From a bacterium (GTDB taxonomy: Bacteria > Planctomycetota > B15-G4), in the NCBI GenBank assembly GCA_030428785.1, contig JAUIEF010000001.1, positions 18,105 through 82,104 on the forward strand: 64,000 nucleotides of DNA. Direction: 5' to 3'. The notes beneath the pieces were generated by a model. It did not search any database, was not told the DNA's origin, and was given only the letters and a program-made list of their open reading frames with translations. Numbering within the stretch: the first letter of the stretch is position 1; every line of letters begins with the position of its first letter. Positions 63,915-64,000 of this stretch are shown piece by piece. The position numbers were made by a program, and so were the translations under genes.

Positions 63915-64000
63915 CGAGCTGAGCGCGTGAGGCCGGACACGCAGGACGACGAAGCCGACAGGGAGGCCTGGACGGGCGGACCGACGACGATCCTCGTCTG

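Noticed and set aside
63926-64000. Possible start of another plus-strand gene after the YVTN stop (GTG at ~63926)
   Set aside because: The open stretch before the window ends is too short to judge, and there is no clear RBS or signal peptide.

Overview
Very GC-rich bacterial chromosomal segment; third codon positions are almost all G/C. I call about 47 protein-coding genes, two of them disrupted. I found no rRNA, tRNA, CRISPR array, transposase or integrase by eye. The six-frame track is full of long Arg/Ala/Gly/Pro-rich shadow ORFs (up to 2369 aa). I accepted only frames with protein-like composition, recognisable motifs, GGAGG-type ribosome-binding sites or start/stop overlaps, and I trimmed many track ORFs to internal starts.

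Gene content, left to right:
- A toxin-antitoxin-flavoured left end: a partial AbiEi-like gene, a small two-gene cassette and a class II Fic protein.
- A four-gene 2-oxoacid:ferredoxin oxidoreductase operon led by a MinD/ParA-like ATPase.
- A MarR-controlled cyclase/MBL pair and an ArsR-SRPBCC pair.
- A wHTH / TPR-AAA+ / TPR-membrane operon.
- An ECF sigma / Ser-Thr kinase / secreted TPR-CHAT module.
- An unusually dense set of signal-peptide exoproteins: beta-helix, FG-GAP, DUF4198-Kelch-YHS, M12B protease, tandem SASA esterase, S10 carboxypeptidase, purple-acid-phosphatase-like, cytochrome c peroxidase, trypsin-like, NHL-LamG and YVTN propellers.

Most interesting observations:
1. A module of about 120 aa that ends in an invariant proline forms the C-terminus of at least five unrelated exoenzymes.
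2. A conserved 35-nt promoter-like element sits at the same distance upstream of the kinase-CHAT operon and of the NHL-LamG gene, next to an anti-sigma-less ECF sigma factor.
3. Two paralogous wHTH regulators each sit directly upstream of TPR protein genes; one leads a TPR-AAA+ / TPR-polytopic-membrane pair.
4. A lower-GC two-gene islet encodes a Cys-rich HExxH exoprotein and a secreted partner.

The gene content is reminiscent of Planctomycetota- or Myxococcota-type genomes, but taxonomy cannot be determined from this window. All family assignments come from reading motifs by eye; no database search was run.
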